The translations under genes and the position numbers were made by a program. A model generated the notes under the pieces. That model was given only the letters and a program-made list of their open reading frames with translations. It did not search any database and had not been told where the DNA came from. Positions 1-8,630 of a stretch of DNA of 64,000 nt are shown here, in pieces (position 1 is the first letter of the stretch; the number at the start of each line of letters is the position of its first letter). This DNA is from an uncultured Coriobacteriaceae bacterium (GTDB taxonomy: Bacteria > Actinomycetota > Coriobacteriia > Coriobacteriales > CADBOM01). Where the stretch lies: the NCBI GenBank assembly GCA_964558235.1, contig CAZLCK010000002.1, positions 14,354 to 78,353 on the forward strand, given 5' to 3'.

Positions 1-1230
1 GTCGTTATACCGCTTTCTGCCTATCTAATGAGTCGTTTTAGCACAAGACAGCTATTTATTGGCGGTTTTATCCTCTTTTCTATAGGAAGCTTTTTGTGTG
101 CATCTTCTCCGCAATTTTGGGTCATGTTGGTTGGTCGAGTCTGTCAGGCTGCATGCACCGGTTTTGTTATGCCGATGGTCACTGCTCTTATTCTTTTAAT
201 TTTCCCGCGCGAAAAACGCGGATCGGCTATGGGTCTTGTAACACTAATCATTGGGTTTGCACCAGCCATTGGGCCATCTGTCTCTGGTCTACTTGTAGAT
301 TCCATTGGCTGGAGATGGCTTTTCTACGGCATCACTGCTCTTTCTGTCCTTATTGTTTTCTTTGCGTTTGTTACGCTTAAAAATTTCGAGGGATTTGCAC
401 GAGGAACATTCGATCCACTTTCGGTTGCACTCTCAACTTTAGGTCTTCTTGGTGTTCTTTATGGGCTTTCAACCTTTACAGAAACAACAAACATGACTCT
501 TACTCTTTCTCTTATTGCTGCAGGTATTGTGTTGATTGTTCTATTTATTATTAGGCAACAACACCTCGAAGAGCCAATGTTAAAGGTAGATATCTTCAAG
601 ACCAGAAATTACCGCATTGCTGTAATTATTGTGGTTATCATTCAGCTTGCGATTATTGGCGGTGGTGTTGTTGTTCCAATCTTTATCCAGAATGTCTTAG
701 GTTTTAGCGCTACTGTCACTGGTTTGGTTATTTTGCCTGGCGCCATTTTAGGTGCGATTGTTTCGATGTTTGCAGGTCGTTTGTTCGACAGAGTTGGTGT
801 TCGTCCAGTTGCAATCATTGGTGGCATTATCATGAGTGTTGGCGCTATAGGGTTGTATTTTTTCAATATAGGTACTGAGCTTTGGTTTTTAATCGCTTCA
901 AATATAATCATGACAGTTGGTTTGCAAGCAACTCTTACACCAATTAATACATGGGGTATAAATTCTCTCGACAATAAGGTTATTCAGCATGGAACCGCTC
1001 TTTTTAATACGATGAACCAGATCGGAGGTTCATTTGGAACAGCACTGCTAGTATCGCTTTCTGCTCTTGGAGCAATTTTTTACACTGGGTCTCCAGAGAT
1101 TGTTCAAACAGCTGAAGGGATGCATATTGCAATGTCTGCCCAAGCTTCGTTTATTATTCTTGATTTCATTATTGTTTTGATCTTTGCGCGTAGCCGAAAT
1201 AAAAACAAAAATAAAAACGTTTCTGATTAG
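1..1230 (+). CDS. MFS transporter, DHA2 (EmrB/QacA)-like; 5' end lies outside the window
   Basis: The frame is open from nt 1 (VVIPLSAYL precedes the first Met at 28), so the track ORF 28..1230 is N-terminally truncated. It has many hydrophobic helices, an MFS-type loop (LVGRVCQAACTG) and a low-complexity NKNKNKN tail. Confidence 0.8.
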   Translation, partial: VVIPLSAYLMSRFSTRQLFIGGFILFSIGSFLCASSPQFWVMLVGRVCQAACTGFVMPMVTALILLIFPREKRGSAMGLVTLIIGFAPAIGPSVSGLLVDSIGWRWLFYGITALSVLIVFFAFVTLKNFEGFARGTFDPLSVALSTLGLLGVLYGLSTFTETTNMTLTLSLIAAGIVLIVLFIIRQQHLEEPMLKVDIFKTRNYRIAVIIVVIIQLAIIGGGVVVPIFIQNVLGFSATVTGLVILPGAILGAIVSMFAGRLFDRVGVRPVAIIGGIIMSVGAIGLYFFNIGTELWFLIASNIIMTVGLQATLTPINTWGINSLDNKVIQHGTALFNTMNQIGGSFGTALLVSLSALGAIFYTGSPEIVQTAEGMHIAMSAQASFIILDFIIVLIFARSRNKNKNKNVSD

Positions 1231-1252
1231 CTTTTTCTAGAAGCTAGCTGAT

Positions 1253-2476
1253 CTATTTGTTTAGAAGCTTATTTACAAGCTTTGTAATTGCTTGATAAGA
1301 CGTTTTTCTATCAAATTGCTCTAATGCGACTTTTCTGGCATTTTGGCCCATTTTTGTCATCATGTCGGGGTTATTAATTAGAGCTAGGATTGCATCAACC
1401 AATGCGTGATGGTCTTCAGCGGCTACATTAGTTCCAAATCCATCATCAATAACTTTGTCTCTAAATTCAAGGCTAGATCCAGTATTTATCATCGGATGTC
1501 CGCTGGCTAGATAATCAGCAATTTTTGTAACAATAGATTGCGGAGCTTTAGCTACAAGTGAATTAATAGTGATGTCGGATTTCGCAAGCCATGCTGCCAT
1601 TTTCTCATAAGGTTGATAGCCTAAGAAATCAACATTACATTCAAGAGAGTTTGCAATCTCTTGAAGTCTTTGCATATCTGGCCCATCGCCTAAGATCTTG
1701 ATTCTAATGTGTCTATGGTTTATTTCATTTAGCTTAGCAGAGGCTTTGATCAACGTTTCAAGATCATAGCTTCTCCCAATTGTTCCTGTGTAGATGATCC
1801 AAATTTCACCTTCTGGTTTTACAATCTCATCAGAATATTTTTTAACTGACTCATCAAAAAGATCGATGTCATTTCCAACATAGACAGTTATATGTTCGAT
1901 CGATTTATCACAGTCGGTGTAGGGACGCTTTGCATATTCATCTGAAGTTCCTACAACGCCAGATAGACGTTTATAAACCTCACTTGCATCCTTTGCAAGA
2001 CCATGAAACAAAATATCACTAATAATAGGAACATCTAAAACCATACGCATAGCTTCTGGCCAAAGATCGTTAATATCCCCAACAAAAGGAATATTGTTAT
2101 TTTCGGCAAGTTTAGCTGCAGCAAAAGCTACATCATTTGGTGGGATCTCACAATATATTAAATCGTAGAATCCGTTTTGGTCTAAAAGTCTGGACAGATT
2201 TTTAGCTGCAATCCTATGACTTTTCATGCGTTTTAGATCTATATTCTTGGCATATCCTGGCTCGTAGACAAATTTGATTCCAAATGGATATATATCGTAT
2301 GGGAAAACATCAAGATCGCGCTGTCTTTTCTCCCAATGCTGAAAAGATGATGTGATCAGGTCGACCTCATGACCTGCTGCATGAAGTGTTTGAGCAACAG
2401 ATAAAAAGCGCGTATAACCTTTGGTCTCATACCCGAGTTTTACACCCATTGTTACAACTGCGATCTTAGCGCACAT
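1253..2476 (-). CDS. Glycosyltransferase, GT-B fold (family 4-like)
   Basis: About 400 aa with typical GT4 organisation; the C-terminal half (ILGDGPD...LGYQPYEK...INSLVAKAPQS) resembles retaining GT4 enzymes. The likely start is ATG 2476 (SD GGGAGA 5 nt upstream), 1 nt after the stop of the upstream gene. Confidence 0.75.
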   Translation of the reverse strand: MCAKIAVVTMGVKLGYETKGYTRFLSVAQTLHAAGHEVDLITSSFQHWEKRQRDLDVFPYDIYPFGIKFVYEPGYAKNIDLKRMKSHRIAAKNLSRLLDQNGFYDLIYCEIPPNDVAFAAAKLAENNNIPFVGDINDLWPEAMRMVLDVPIISDILFHGLAKDASEVYKRLSGVVGTSDEYAKRPYTDCDKSIEHITVYVGNDIDLFDESVKKYSDEIVKPEGEIWIIYTGTIGRSYDLETLIKASAKLNEINHRHIRIKILGDGPDMQRLQEIANSLECNVDFLGYQPYEKMAAWLAKSDITINSLVAKAPQSIVTKIADYLASGHPMINTGSSLEFRDKVIDDGFGTNVAAEDHHALVDAILALINNPDMMTKMGQNARKVALEQFDRKTSYQAITKLVNKLLNK

Positions 2477-2477
2477 A

Positions 2478-3083
2478 TCATTTCTCCCGATCATCAGCTG
2501 TGTTATAGATGCCCTTTTGGTTTACAACGCTAGAAATTGTTTTAAAAAAGATCTTTACATCTAATGTAAAAGAGATCCGATTTACATACTCAACATCTAA
2601 TTTCAGGCGGCTTTTCCATGGAATAGAATTCCTTCCATAAACCTGAGCATATCCGGTAATTCCAGGTAAAACTTCGAGTTTTCTAGCCTCATCTCCCTCG
2701 TAGAGTTCAGCTTCTTCCAAAAGGTCTGGCCTAGGTCCAATTAGACTCATATCACCTTTTAAAATATTAAAAAATTGTGGGATCTCATCGATGCTAGTAC
2801 GTCTAAGAAATGCTCCAATTTTAGTCATCCTAGGATCATCGGGCGCATTATAGGTAGATCCGTCTGGCATTTTTAAATCGGGGGAGTTGACTTTCATCGA
2901 GCGAAACTTATACATCGTAAATAAGCGTCCGCCACGACCAACCCTAGGCGCATTATAGAAAATAGGACCAGAGTCTTCATGCTTGATAATAGGCGAAACA
3001 ATGGCGCAAGCTATCAGTACAAAGGGTATAGCGATAATAGATATTATGATGTCAAGAACACGCTTTACGACTTTTACGTACAT
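2478..3083 (-). CDS. Small monotopic phosphoglycosyl transferase (bacterial sugar transferase family, PglC/WecA-alternative type)
   Basis: 201 aa with one N-terminal re-entrant hydrophobic helix. Signature: SIDEIPQFFNILKGDMSLIGPRP (DE dyad ... GPRP). Confidence 0.85.
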   Translation of the reverse strand: MYVKVVKRVLDIIISIIAIPFVLIACAIVSPIIKHEDSGPIFYNAPRVGRGGRLFTMYKFRSMKVNSPDLKMPDGSTYNAPDDPRMTKIGAFLRRTSIDEIPQFFNILKGDMSLIGPRPDLLEEAELYEGDEARKLEVLPGITGYAQVYGRNSIPWKSRLKLDVEYVNRISFTLDVKIFFKTISSVVNQKGIYNTADDREK

Positions 3084-3088
3084 TTAAG

Positions 3089-4300
3089 CTAACCCAGGCA
3101 TTCCTTTGTTGAGATCAAAAACGATTCAATAATATAGCCTATTTCATCATCAGTTAACAAAGTGAATAGTGGAAGTGTGATTTCGTTCTTATACATTTCA
3201 TATGCATTTGGGTAATCCATAATAGAAAATCCAATATTTTGATATGCACTGAGCATTGGCAGCGGGCGATAGTGAACATTGCATGAGATGCCTTTCTTAG
3301 CCATTTTGACAATTATTTCGTCTCGCTGTTGTTCTGTTGCCCCTAATACTCTTGTTAGAGCAAGATGTCCACTAGAAGATCCCTCATCTGTGTAGTGAAG
3401 TGCCATGTAGATATCTGAATCTGCAAGCTCTTTTTCATATCTTTCGATGATTTCTTTTCTCCTAGCAAGCATGGATGGATAACGTTGCAATTGAGCAAGA
3501 CCAATTGATGCAGCAATATCAGTCATATTCCACTTGTAACCAAACTCTGCAATATCATATTTCCACGAGCCTGGCTCAAGCTTTTCATAGGCACTTTTGG
3601 TCTGTCCATGCAAAGAAAATGAAAAAGCACGTTTAAAAAGCTCTTCGTTATCCATGCCATTAATATTTTTCCATGCAAGAGCACCACCTTCAGCGGTTGT
3701 AAGATTTTTTACAGCATGGAAAGAAAAGGCAGTGAAATCTGCGACAGATCCAGATGGCTTTCCGTGATAGGTTGCACCCAAAGAATGTGCCCCATCAGCC
3801 AAAACAACAACTCTGCCAATAGCCTTTTGGATATCATTTTTAGCTTTAAAGAGTTCCTGCTTTGATTCTACGATAGAAAAAATCCTATCGTAATCGCACA
3901 TAATTCCACCAACATCAACTGGTATTATTGCCTTCGTATTTTCTGTGATTGCATCTTCTAGGAGTTCATAGTCCATCTGAAGAGAGTCCTCAGATAAGTC
4001 GACCAAAACTGGTTTAGCGCCAACGTGAACTATAACGCTACAAGAAGATGTATATGTATATGGAGTGGTAATAACCTCGTCACCTTCACCAATACCAAGA
4101 ATTCTTAGAGCTAGCTCAAGTGCAGAAGTTGCTGACGATAAGCAAAGTAAGTTATCTACTCCGCAGTATTGCGCTAATTGATCTTGAAACTGAATGACCT
4201 TTGGCCCAGAAGTGATCCATCCACTTTTGAGGGTATTGCAAACCTCTTTAATTTCTTGCTCAGTTATATCTGGCCTGAAAAAGGGGATATTCTTTTCCAA
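3089..4300 (-). CDS. DegT/DnrJ/EryC1/StrS-family sugar aminotransferase (PglE-like)
   Basis: 403 aa. PLP-lysine motif FSFHAVKNLTTAEGG. TTG start preceded by AGGAGG at 7 nt. Confidence 0.85.
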   Translation of the reverse strand: MEKNIPFFRPDITEQEIKEVCNTLKSGWITSGPKVIQFQDQLAQYCGVDNLLCLSSATSALELALRILGIGEGDEVITTPYTYTSSCSVIVHVGAKPVLVDLSEDSLQMDYELLEDAITENTKAIIPVDVGGIMCDYDRIFSIVESKQELFKAKNDIQKAIGRVVVLADGAHSLGATYHGKPSGSVADFTAFSFHAVKNLTTAEGGALAWKNINGMDNEELFKRAFSFSLHGQTKSAYEKLEPGSWKYDIAEFGYKWNMTDIAASIGLAQLQRYPSMLARRKEIIERYEKELADSDIYMALHYTDEGSSSGHLALTRVLGATEQQRDEIIVKMAKKGISCNVHYRPLPMLSAYQNIGFSIMDYPNAYEMYKNEITLPLFTLLTDDEIGYIIESFLISTKECLG

Positions 4301-4396
4301 GGCTAAGCCTCCTAATAAAGCTAAAAATGTTCTATGTTAAGCAGGTCTTGTGGCTAAGAATTCTGCTTCGAAGTATTAATTAAAACGAATCTAATT

Positions 4397-5170
4397 TTAA
4401 ATGTAGAGTATGAATTTCTTTTGAAGTTTCTTAAATACGTAATATCCAACTACATATGTTATTAATGCCATACCTACGCACACCAATGTTTCGGTTACGC
4501 TTGGGATAGTTGCATACAAAACAACATCGCGCATATATGTGACAAAGTGGTACATCGGATTCCACCAGATGATCTGTAGCATCCAGTCTTGCAAGATAGA
4601 TATTGGGTAAAAAAGTGGAGTTAGATATGTCCATAGAGTTATCAAAACACCCCATAGATGCAGAAAATCGTGGAAAAATGTAGCCAATGCACTAAGTAGT
4701 AAGCTCAATCCAAGAGCAAAAATAGCAGTGAGCAAGACTACAAATGGAATAAGAAACATTGTTGGGCTTGGTGGGACTTGAAAATAAATGAGAACTAAAA
4801 AGATTGCTATTAAAGAAAAGGCATAGTTAACTACGGCAAAAATTATTTTTTCAACAGGAAAGACCAATTTGTTGACCTTGATCTTTTTGATCAACGGAGC
4901 TGAGTCGATAATAGATCGCATTGCTTCGCCGACTCCATCGGCCATCATGTTAAAGAGCGTTTGTCCTAGAATAAAATATAATGGGTAGTATTCGATTTCA
5001 AAACGAAACATATAAGAAAAGACCGCCGATAAAACAATCATTGTTAAGAGTGGATTTAAAACACTCCACAAAACACCCAAAACCGAACGTCTATATTTAA
5101 GTTTGAAATCTTTAGAAACTAGGTTTTGCAATAGGTATACGCTATCTTTTAGACCTCTAATAAGATCCAT
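4397..5170 (-). CDS. ABC-2 type polysaccharide/teichoic-acid exporter permease (Wzm/TagG-like)
   Basis: Six predicted TM helices with ABC-2 permease-like sequence (YRRSVLGVLWSVLNPLL). ATG 5170 has SD GGGAG; the track start at 5191 is a TTG. Confidence 0.75.
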   Translation of the reverse strand: MDLIRGLKDSVYLLQNLVSKDFKLKYRRSVLGVLWSVLNPLLTMIVLSAVFSYMFRFEIEYYPLYFILGQTLFNMMADGVGEAMRSIIDSAPLIKKIKVNKLVFPVEKIIFAVVNYAFSLIAIFLVLIYFQVPPSPTMFLIPFVVLLTAIFALGLSLLLSALATFFHDFLHLWGVLITLWTYLTPLFYPISILQDWMLQIIWWNPMYHFVTYMRDVVLYATIPSVTETLVCVGMALITYVVGYYVFKKLQKKFILYI

Positions 5171-5366
5171 TTGCTCCCAGTCTTTCGTCAAAATAGCAAC
5201 ATAGCTATTAGCAGTTCATTTTCAATCATTAGCAATATGCTTTATCACAAGTCTATCATTATGACAGATTAATAGTTATAAGCATTAGCGTTCGTTATCA
5301 TCTTGAGAATATTTTGCATAAAATAAAGAAACCGATAAAAAATTTAGAGTTTAAGTTGGTAATAAG

Positions 5367-6515
5367 ATGATCTCAATCATATGTATTGATTGCAATATAG
5401 GCTCTCCTGATCTTTTTGATAGGGAGAGTCCTGTCACAACTAGATCGCTAAAAAGCCTTTTCTCTCAAAAAGAAGAGGTGGAAATTGTAATTGTTTGTGA
5501 GTCTGATAGTCCATATTTAAACAACCTGCAAAAATATCTAGATGAAGCTCATAAGCTAAAAGTAATTCAAGTTGATGCTGCTTCTACTTTTGGTGAGTCT
5601 ATGAGACTTGGCTATGAAGCTTCTTCGGGCGATCTAGTTACATTTGTGGACTTTAATACCACGATATCTGCTGATTTTGCAATCTTCGCTTCAAGTATTT
5701 ATAGGGAAGCTCCAACCGATATAATTTCATTTCACTTACAAATTAAAGACCTTGATACTTCTAAGTTTGTTACGTGTAGAAGATCTACTCGCTCACCTTA
5801 TGCTAAGCGAGCAAAGATCCTAAGCACAAGTGAGGTTGAATCTGAGCTTTTAGCTACAATGGGTCTTTCTGTTTGTGGGCTTGTCTTTGCAAGAAAGCTT
5901 CTAAATTCTTATGGTGCAGATTTTACTGCCAAGTCAAGCATATCTTTTGATCCATACGTCTTAGAACTCATCTTTTCAGCCCAGAAGATAGCAGATTCTA
6001 GATGGGCTTTAGTCGCTAAAGAATTCTCTTTTTCAAGGGTATTTTCTAACATAAGCGAATCAGACTTGAGCATCTTCTTAGATGAAATTGAAACTTGTTC
6101 GCAAAAGCATGAATCTGATTTAGCCGAACAATATATTAAGACCGTTACTGCTCATTGGGTCGCACAAGCTTCTATGGTGCTTTTCGATATGGCAATCGAT
6201 TATCAAAAAGGCGATTACAGCAATTTAGCGCAACTTGTCTATTCAAAAAATGCTACCATCATTCAAAATCTTCTCGGGGATGAATGGGGTTTAGATAAGA
6301 ATGGTCTGCCAGATTTATCATGCAATCATCCATATATCGCTCGCTTGCGTATGCTCGGTATGGATACCTTAGAGCTGACAAAAAGACTAACTTGTGCCCA
6401 AAATTTGTTGATGGAATCTATATATCAACAAAAACTTCTTGAGATGCAGGTCTCTAAGAACGAAATTGATGAACTTCCAGAAAAACAGAGGAAGAAGCGT
6501 AGGTTTTTTAAGTAA
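5367..6515 (+). CDS. Hypothetical protein with a degenerate GT-A (GT2-like) N-terminal domain
   Basis: The N-terminal 110 aa follow the GT2 pattern (ISIICIDCN / EVEIVIVCESDS / GDLVTFVDFNT). The acidic DxD positions read DFN and the DD of the first motif reads ES. The C-terminal ~270 aa are unrecognised. Confidence 0.4.
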   Translation: MISIICIDCNIGSPDLFDRESPVTTRSLKSLFSQKEEVEIVIVCESDSPYLNNLQKYLDEAHKLKVIQVDAASTFGESMRLGYEASSGDLVTFVDFNTTISADFAIFASSIYREAPTDIISFHLQIKDLDTSKFVTCRRSTRSPYAKRAKILSTSEVESELLATMGLSVCGLVFARKLLNSYGADFTAKSSISFDPYVLELIFSAQKIADSRWALVAKEFSFSRVFSNISESDLSIFLDEIETCSQKHESDLAEQYIKTVTAHWVAQASMVLFDMAIDYQKGDYSNLAQLVYSKNATIIQNLLGDEWGLDKNGLPDLSCNHPYIARLRMLGMDTLELTKRLTCAQNLLMESIYQQKLLEMQVSKNEIDELPEKQRKKRRFFK

Positions 6516-6575
6516 TTCCACACATTATAAATCTCGTATAAGTGGTCTTATATAAGTGGTAGACTTTAATACAAT

Positions 6576-8441
6576 ATGGAATTTAAATTACAGACCAGAG
6601 TTATCCTCCTAGTTTTTTGGGATATCCTTTCAAGCTACGCTGCATATCTGCTTTCTATTATTTTAACTGGACAAGCAGGTGAGATTTTGATTTCTACCGA
6701 TATCTTATTTGATATCGGTTTACTTTCGCTTTTTAATTGCGGGATTCTCCTCATCTTTAGACTTTATAACGATCTATGGGAATACGCGTCATCTTACGAA
6801 TTGTTAAAAATTATCGGTGTTACGGCGCTCTCTACCTTTATAGGTGCCTCTGTTCTATTTTTAGTTGATCTCAGATTTCCAATTAGAGTCTATTTTGTTG
6901 CGTGGTTAATCCTGTTTATTTTTGTAGGCGCAGGTCGCTATGCATTTAGATTTTTTAGTGGTCGAAGAACTATTAATGCTAGTGCTAAAGCAAGTAGAAA
7001 GCGCACATTAGTTGTTGGTGCTGGTGAGACTGCATCTCTTACAATTAAGCGTCTAACTTCTGGTGACTACTATATGAACGGAAATCCAATTGTTGCTGTT
7101 GATGATGATCCTTCTAAGATCGGTATGCGCATTCATGGTGTTAAGGTCGCTGGAGATAGACATGCAATTCCTGATCTTGTTAAACACAATGCAATCGAAC
7201 AGATCATCATTGCAATTCCTTCGGCTAAAAGATCTGATCTAAAAGAGATTTATGACATTTGCATGTCAACCGGATGTCATCTTTTGACCTTACCTAATGT
7301 TAGAGATATCCCAATTGATGAGCTTGGAGATGTCAAGTTGCGAGATGTTAGCGTTGAGGATCTTTTGAGTAGGGAAGAGGTCATTTTAGATACGCGATCT
7401 GTTAGTGGATATATTGCTGGTAAAACCATCTTAGTTACAGGTGGTGGTGGATCTATTGGATCTGAAATCGTAAGACAGCTTTGCATAGTTAAACCAAATA
7501 AGATTGTCATTTTTGATAACTATGAGAATACTACCTATGAGCTTTTAAAAGAGATTCAAAGTCATTATGATGACGTCAAAATTGTTATTGAAATCGGATC
7601 TATTCGTGATTATCCAAGGCTAGTTGCTGCTTTTAATAAACATATGCCCCAAGTTGTATTTCACGCTGCTGCTCATAAACATGTGCCTTTGATGGAGTCT
7701 TGTCCTCAGGAGGCTATTCGCAATAACGTCTTTGGGACTATGAATGTTGCTAATGCTTCTAGGCTTCATGGCGTTGAACGCTTCATAATGATATCTACTG
7801 ATAAAGCTGTTAATCCAACTAGTGTTATGGGTGCCACTAAAAAGTTAGGTGAGATGGTTATCCAATCATTAGCGCATGACTCTCAAACTATTTTTGCTGC
7901 GGTTAGATTCGGTAATGTTTTGGGATCACATGGAAGTGTAATTCCTCTATTTAAAAGACAGATTGCAGAGGGCGGTCCGGTTACTGTTACCGATCCTGAA
8001 ATTACTCGTTACTTCATGACTATTCCTGAGGCTTCTAAGCTTGTTATCCATGCTGGAGGCCTAGCTAAAGGTGGAGAGATTTTCATTCTTGATATGGGTG
8101 AACCTGTCAAGATAGCCGACTTAGCAAAAAAACTTATCCGACTATCAGGACTTACACCGGATAAAGATATTGAGATCAAATTCATCGGACTTCGTCCTGG
8201 AGAAAAGCTCTATGAAGAGCTGATGACAGATATGGAAAAGATGCAGTCTACTTCTAAAAAAGGGATTATGGTTTCGACTGACGATCCTGTTGATATCGAT
8301 TACGTACAGAATATGCTTCGAGATTTAGGAAACGCTTTAGAGAGTAGCTCAAAGGATATAAAGCTTAAGCTTCATGAGTACATCCCAACATATAAGCCAT
8401 GCATTACAGATACAGACGATGACGAAGTGATATTTGATTAA
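6576..8441 (+). CDS. Membrane-anchored polysaccharide biosynthesis protein CapD/PglF-like (UDP-HexNAc 4,6-dehydratase)
   Basis: 621 aa with four N-terminal TM helices and two Rossmann segments (VVGAGETA; VTGGGGSIGSE). SDR-extended motifs include MGATKKLGE. Confidence 0.85.
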   Translation: MEFKLQTRVILLVFWDILSSYAAYLLSIILTGQAGEILISTDILFDIGLLSLFNCGILLIFRLYNDLWEYASSYELLKIIGVTALSTFIGASVLFLVDLRFPIRVYFVAWLILFIFVGAGRYAFRFFSGRRTINASAKASRKRTLVVGAGETASLTIKRLTSGDYYMNGNPIVAVDDDPSKIGMRIHGVKVAGDRHAIPDLVKHNAIEQIIIAIPSAKRSDLKEIYDICMSTGCHLLTLPNVRDIPIDELGDVKLRDVSVEDLLSREEVILDTRSVSGYIAGKTILVTGGGGSIGSEIVRQLCIVKPNKIVIFDNYENTTYELLKEIQSHYDDVKIVIEIGSIRDYPRLVAAFNKHMPQVVFHAAAHKHVPLMESCPQEAIRNNVFGTMNVANASRLHGVERFIMISTDKAVNPTSVMGATKKLGEMVIQSLAHDSQTIFAAVRFGNVLGSHGSVIPLFKRQIAEGGPVTVTDPEITRYFMTIPEASKLVIHAGGLAKGGEIFILDMGEPVKIADLAKKLIRLSGLTPDKDIEIKFIGLRPGEKLYEELMTDMEKMQSTSKKGIMVSTDDPVDIDYVQNMLRDLGNALESSSKDIKLKLHEYIPTYKPCITDTDDDEVIFD

Positions 8442-8520
8442 TTTTATTTATTTTTATCATTCCGTTTACAAAATATCTGAATATTTTAAATAAAATATCT
8501 AAAATTCTGCATATACTTTA

Positions 8521-8549
8521 TTGAAGTTAAAAATTAATCAGTTTATAGA
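8521..8549 (+). promoter_or_regulatory. Candidate sigma-70-type promoter of the arg operon
   Basis: TTGAAG (8521-8526), exactly 17 nt spacer, TATAGA (8544-8549). It lies 82 nt upstream of the argC ATG. Confidence 0.35.
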
Positions 8550-8630
8550 CTTTTTATGAGCAGGGGATTTATACATCCCTTGTTTTGAATAAAAAAGTAC
8601 TAAAGCCTTTCAGGGGGCGAAAGATTTAAG

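Noticed and set aside
1198-1221. AAT/AAA/AAC repeat encoding NKNKNKN at the MFS C-terminus.
   Set aside because: It is a short low-complexity cytoplasmic tail. It is too short and imperfect to argue for phase variation.
8586-8600. TGAATAAAAAAGTAC as an ARG box just upstream of argC.
   Set aside because: Only the TGAAT half matches the consensus I recall, and the other half (AGTAC against ATTCA) does not. It also lies downstream of the candidate promoter and hairpin. It is too weak to annotate as a separate site.
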